The position numbers were made by a program, and so were the translations under genes. DNA of 64,000 nt. Source: an uncultured virus (IMG/VR IMGVR_UViG_3300033752_000251) (lineage: Duplodnaviria; Heunggongvirae; Uroviricota; Caudoviricetes). This document shows, in pieces, positions 60,024 to 64,000 of the stretch. The notes under the pieces were generated by a model that worked only from the letters and a program-made list of their open reading frames with translations, was not told where the DNA came from and searched no databases. Position 1 is the first letter of the stretch; the number at the start of each line of letters is the position of its first letter. The stretch lies in the IMG/VR virus record IMGVR_UViG_3300033752_000251; one strand, given 5' to 3'.

Positions 60024-61615
60024 AAAAGGACAGATTCAATGTCAATCGGAATGGTTTTTTCGTGATGTGCACAATGCGGACATCTAACATCCATCAGACC
60101 GAAATCAAACGAGAGATCACCCATAATAATTTCGGTTTGTTTCGTCAATGCGAGAATGTCAGTATCCCTCAGATTGTAAATGAGTTTGGTGATATCAAGT
60201 GCGTCTTCATATCCAAGCCATTCGCCAGGATTTTCCGGGTCAGGAGTAATAAATTGCTTAACTGCCGTACCCAGAACCGCAGCTTGGTTATATTTCTCTT
60301 CATTATTTCTGGTAAGTGCTTCAATGGAATTATTGATAAGATCGTATGCGCTTTGGACATGGAGATCCACATAGAAGCCACTAACAGGTAGGAGAATACG
60401 TTTAACCGTATTGAGCGGAGAGCTCTCATGAACTTCCTTAGCGGATTGGGCAGTATGAGAACCGTCAACAATGGTCTTAACGAGCTCCATCAGCCTGTCA
60501 GACATCTTCTCGGCTCTAATGAGAGAGCGTGGACTGTACGGATGTTCAAAGTTCTTGTCACATTTAGGACATTTGAGAGGATATTTGTCATCATCCGGAT
60601 ATGTTGCAACAAGCACACCGTAAATGAGGGTGTTATAGTCAACAGCAGCAGTATTTTTGAGGAATGCGTCGAAATCCATTTTACCAATGCTACTATCGAC
60701 AATCTTGCTGTGCAACAAACTCCATCTGGTCCTAGCATCAATGAGAGCATTTTGGCTGCTGCTCATGAGGGAAATAAGCTCATAGGTAGAGAGTCCCTTC
60801 ATCACAGCAGTATAGCCAGATGCCGTAAGAACGATGGGGGTAGTGTGTACGTGCGAAGTGTAATTGAGAATTTTATCAACCGAATTCTTCTTAGCTTTAC
60901 GGATTTTCAGGGTTTCAAGTTGTTGTACTTCGACTTCTTTGAGAGTTATGGAGCGAACCTTTTTAAGTTTCTCACGCTCTTCGTCGGTGAAGTTAATAAC
61001 TTGACCCATTCCAGATTTATCAATAATGACAATAGCTTTATCATACTTCTCTTGATCAAATTCTTCCTCTTCATCGGTTTCATCGTCACTTCTTTTGGGA
61101 GTTTGTTTTTCTCCTCTTGCTGCAGCTTCTTCATTGTAACCTGCAGCCAAAGCTTTTTGTCGTTCTTCTTCAATTTGCTTATCCATTTCCCTCATATAGT
61201 TGGCAATACTTTCAGCAGTTTCAGGCATAACACCATAAGGGAGAGCATTTGCAAGGGCTCCATGTTGTGCATTTTCTTCTCTATTATTCTCGATGATCAG
61301 ACCCGAACCCGAAGGGGATTCTGGGGGTTGTGCTTGATCAGCATGAACAACATGGAAACCTTTTTTGGTATCGACTGCCATAATAAACGAATCGTCTTTG
61401 GGGAGAACAACAGAACTCCCTTTTTCATCAACGGGTTTAGAATTAACAGATGAATTTTCTGCAGAGCTTTCGTTTTCTTGTTCATTAGGCGAAGAGTTAG
61501 AGTTGTTTACTGCTTCATTATTCTCTTCTTGTTGCCTTTGAGCTTCTTGCTCCATAGCCTGTCTTTTAATGTCGCTCAAATTCATTCCATTAGAATTGAG
61601 ATTTTCGTTGGACAT
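59984..61615 (-). CDS. Baseplate hub / tail assembly chaperone (T4 gp26-like C-terminal domain)
   Basis: CPKC and CPHC zinc motifs; ends IDIESVLF; follows the gp25-like gene. Confidence 0.65.
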   Translation of the reverse strand: MSNENLNSNGMNLSDIKRQAMEQEAQRQQEENNEAVNNSNSSPNEQENESSAENSSVNSKPVDEKGSSVVLPKDDSFIMAVDTKKGFHVVHADQAQPPESPSGSGLIIENNREENAQHGALANALPYGVMPETAESIANYMREMDKQIEEERQKALAAGYNEEAAARGEKQTPKRSDDETDEEEEFDQEKYDKAIVIIDKSGMGQVINFTDEEREKLKKVRSITLKEVEVQQLETLKIRKAKKNSVDKILNYTSHVHTTPIVLTASGYTAVMKGLSTYELISLMSSSQNALIDARTRWSLLHSKIVDSSIGKMDFDAFLKNTAAVDYNTLIYGVLVATYPDDDKYPLKCPKCDKNFEHPYSPRSLIRAEKMSDRLMELVKTIVDGSHTAQSAKEVHESSPLNTVKRILLPVSGFYVDLHVQSAYDLINNSIEALTRNNEEKYNQAAVLGTAVKQFITPDPENPGEWLGYEDALDITKLIYNLRDTDILALTKQTEIIMGDLSFDFGLMDVRCPHCAHHEKTIPIDIESVLFYRYRQAMNTEIE

Positions 61616-61653
61616 GTGGTTCTACCTCTCTTCTTTTATTTTTTTTCAGGGTA

Positions 61654-62079
61654 TTAAACCGCGGCCGACATTTCTTCGAATTGATATGCGATATTTATAT
61701 CATTTTGAGTATTTGAAAAACCGATGAGAAGATTTGTTTGATCGTTAGGTAAAACGATTGGGATAGAAACCAAAAGTAAGTCTAATCCTTTATATGTGGT
61801 TACAAAAATCATAACTTCACCAAGAGAAATATATGGCATGAGTTGGGAACACTGGCTGTATATTTGCTGTTTTATTATCTCAGCATCAAACCCATCTTGA
61901 ATACTATAAAGATACTTGCTTATGTTAATACCCAAATTAGGCTGAGAAGGAATATTACCCGGCCTCATAAGGAGCAGATTAATTAATTGCTGGGCGATGC
62001 TATCTTTCAGGGAGAGCATTTTGGGTTTATGGAAATTATCCAGACCGAATAGCACTTCCCTCCCTATTCCATTAGCCAC
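61654..62079 (-). CDS. Baseplate wedge protein (gp25-like)
   Basis: SIAQQLINLLLMRPGNIPSQPNLGINISKYLY matches the gp25 pattern. Confidence 0.75.
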   Translation of the reverse strand: MANGIGREVLFGLDNFHKPKMLSLKDSIAQQLINLLLMRPGNIPSQPNLGINISKYLYSIQDGFDAEIIKQQIYSQCSQLMPYISLGEVMIFVTTYKGLDLLLVSIPIVLPNDQTNLLIGFSNTQNDINIAYQFEEMSAAV

Positions 62080-62206
62080 ACTACATCACCTCGTTTCTTA
62101 GATATAGAATTTTATTAATATGTCTCCCTAATGAAAAAATATATAAGCGTTTCCTGTATATAGAGAAAAAAAAAACAAAAAAATATGAGAGGGGTTTATT
62201 ACCCTC

Positions 62207-62758
62207 TCATATTTTCTTAAGGAACTTCAGGACTAGATTGCTGTCTCTATATAGAGGCTCTATTCTTTTATATATAGTGAGCCAGTTGTTGATATTTCCA
62301 TCTTCATCAACATTTATTATTGCATCTTCATCAAATTCAACATCCAGATTCTTTCTCATCATTGCATTAATTTGTCTGAGACGAAATAAGATCATGCCAA
62401 ATCTTTCTGCTGATGTTTTAAATGTTAGTAGATATAACTTGAAATATGAGCGTGCCTGATTAATGAAGTCAATGGTCGCATCTCGCTCCAACATCATTTT
62501 TTCCAAATCAGATACACTGTAACTTCCACCGATATATAAGTTGAGAGCATTTTTAAATTTATCAATATGGTTAAAATTATCCACATAAAATTTATTGAGT
62601 TCTTTGAGTTTGTTATGTAATAATTCGTTTCTTTTAGTCTTAGTTTTACCTTCCTTTCCGGGAATACGAAAATCATTATTGTCGATGATAAGAATTGTAA
62701 TGCATAAGAAGTTATAGATCTTACCGGCTTCTTTTGTTGTAATATTTCTCGTACTCAT
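62207..62758 (-). CDS. Hypothetical protein (paralog of 62859-63440)
   Basis: AGGAGG RBS; similarity to its neighbour. Confidence 0.75.
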   Translation of the reverse strand: MSTRNITTKEAGKIYNFLCITILIIDNNDFRIPGKEGKTKTKRNELLHNKLKELNKFYVDNFNHIDKFKNALNLYIGGSYSVSDLEKMMLERDATIDFINQARSYFKLYLLTFKTSAERFGMILFRLRQINAMMRKNLDVEFDEDAIINVDEDGNINNWLTIYKRIEPLYRDSNLVLKFLKKI

Positions 62759-62858
62759 ATTTTTTATTTATCCTCCTATTCGTTATTCAAAATTATTATA
62801 TATAAATAAAATATATAAATTTCCAATAATAAATAAGGAAGAGAAGTACTTCTCTTCC

Positions 62859-63440
62859 TTATTTATTATTTTGAATATAAGACCATTTCCACTCTTCAGT
62901 TATTTTTTCCACTTTTTCAATTTCGCTAAAGATAAAGGTAGCCATTTTGTATAGATCATACCACCCATTTTGCCCACTAGAAAATAAATTTCCTTCTATG
63001 ATAGAAGATATTTCAAAATCTACCTGAACACCGATTTCCTTCATCGATTTATTTATTTCTTTTAATTGATCAATAAATTGGTCAAGTTTATTTTTTAGTC
63101 CTTTAAATCCTTCTAAGATCAATAAGGAATACTGTTTGAAATCGTCTACGAATTCTGATATATCTCTCATATAATTATCATCTACCAATATGACTCTATC
63201 ATGATAAATTCTATAACCGTCTTCAAAATCTTCTATAAATTGATGACCTATAATATTTAGATAGTCCATAATTCTAGAATTATATTTATTTAGCAAAGAT
63301 TCCCACATAGGAATCAATTCGATATACCTTTCATTAATCCTATTCAGTGTAGAAAAATCATTTTCATTTATTAAATCTTTTACCGTTTTAATCAACACAT
63401 ATAACGTATGAGCTTCGGTAGTAGAAAGTCTCATTAACAA
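62859..63440 (-). CDS. Hypothetical protein (paralog of 62207-62758)
   Basis: 193-aa ORF, late motif at 63457-63468. Confidence 0.75.
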   Translation of the reverse strand: MLMRLSTTEAHTLYVLIKTVKDLINENDFSTLNRINERYIELIPMWESLLNKYNSRIMDYLNIIGHQFIEDFEDGYRIYHDRVILVDDNYMRDISEFVDDFKQYSLLILEGFKGLKNKLDQFIDQLKEINKSMKEIGVQVDFEISSIIEGNLFSSGQNGWYDLYKMATFIFSEIEKVEKITEEWKWSYIQNNK

Positions 63441-63550
63441 TCACCACCCAAAGATATATCTATTTGTTATTTTAACAATATATAATCAAAAATACACTAT
63501 TTAAGCAAAGAAACAATTAGTTAATACTAACGTAAGAACGGAGGATAGCT

Positions 63551-64000
63551 ATGTTTAAATGTAAATTATGTGATGAGAAATATAATTCTTACGAATCACT
63601 TATCGATCATATTGGCAACGAGCATGAAGATAAAATTCCCAAAAATTTCACTGTCGCACAATTCGAATATGCCCTAAGAACTGGAAAAACCGAAGGACGA
63701 TGTGTAATTGACAAACGTCCTACCGAATGGAATGAAAAAACCGGTAAATACCATCGGTTTTGTAAAAATCCTAAATGTAAAGAAACATACCGGAATATTT
63801 TTAAGAACCGTATGATTGGTAAATATGGTAAGGTTCATCTTCTCAGCGATCCTGATAAACAACGAGAAATGCTTTCAAAGAGATCTATTTCCGGTGAATA
63901 TACTTGGTCTGATGGCAAAAAAATTCCCTATACTGGCTCATATGAATTAGATTTTTTGAAATTTCTTGACGTATTTATGGATTTTGACTCCGATGACATA
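63551..64000 (+). CDS. C2H2 zinc-finger protein with possible TnsA-like/PD-(D/E)xK nuclease domain (partial, runs off window)
   Basis: GGAGG RBS, FKCKLC...HIGNEH, further Cys cluster, YTGSYELDFLKFLD; late promoter at 63512-63523. Confidence 0.6.
   Translation, partial: MFKCKLCDEKYNSYESLIDHIGNEHEDKIPKNFTVAQFEYALRTGKTEGRCVIDKRPTEWNEKTGKYHRFCKNPKCKETYRNIFKNRMIGKYGKVHLLSDPDKQREMLSKRSISGEYTWSDGKKIPYTGSYELDFLKFLDVFMDFDSDDI

Noticed and set aside
1..64000. Alternative genetic code, or phage-nucleus/tubulin genes
   Set aside because: Genes are full length under the standard code with all three stops used; no chimallin or PhuZ motif recognised in this window

Overview
AT-rich segment of a jumbo myophage genome, most similar in gene content to the AR9/PBS1-like (phiKZ-related) phages of Bacillota. 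The host is probably a spore-forming Paenibacillaceae/Bacillales bacterium of higher GC (inference). The window holds split multisubunit RNA polymerase subunits belonging to two enzymes, a split family-B DNA polymerase, SbcC, an SF2 helicase, primase, a GroEL-like chaperonin and Dps. It also holds two glycosyltransferases, an RsfA/YlbO-like sporulation regulator, three tRNAs and the core virion module (portal, tube, sheath, terminase, capsid, prohead protease, baseplate genes). Two phage promoter motifs can be read directly: early TATATTAT and late AACA-N6-T(A/G). The most unusual locus is the non-coding island at about 32180-33053. First, a perfect early promoter points leftward into a ~67% GC patchwork of short fragments of other phages' lysis and tail genes, so it would be transcribed antisense to all of them. 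Second, an adjacent late-promoter ~70-nt C-rich sRNA is complementary to the translation-initiation regions of the non-virion RNAP subunit genes. A probable -1 programmed frameshift in the tail/baseplate assembly chaperone is also visible. All protein assignments come from motif recognition by eye; no database search was run.
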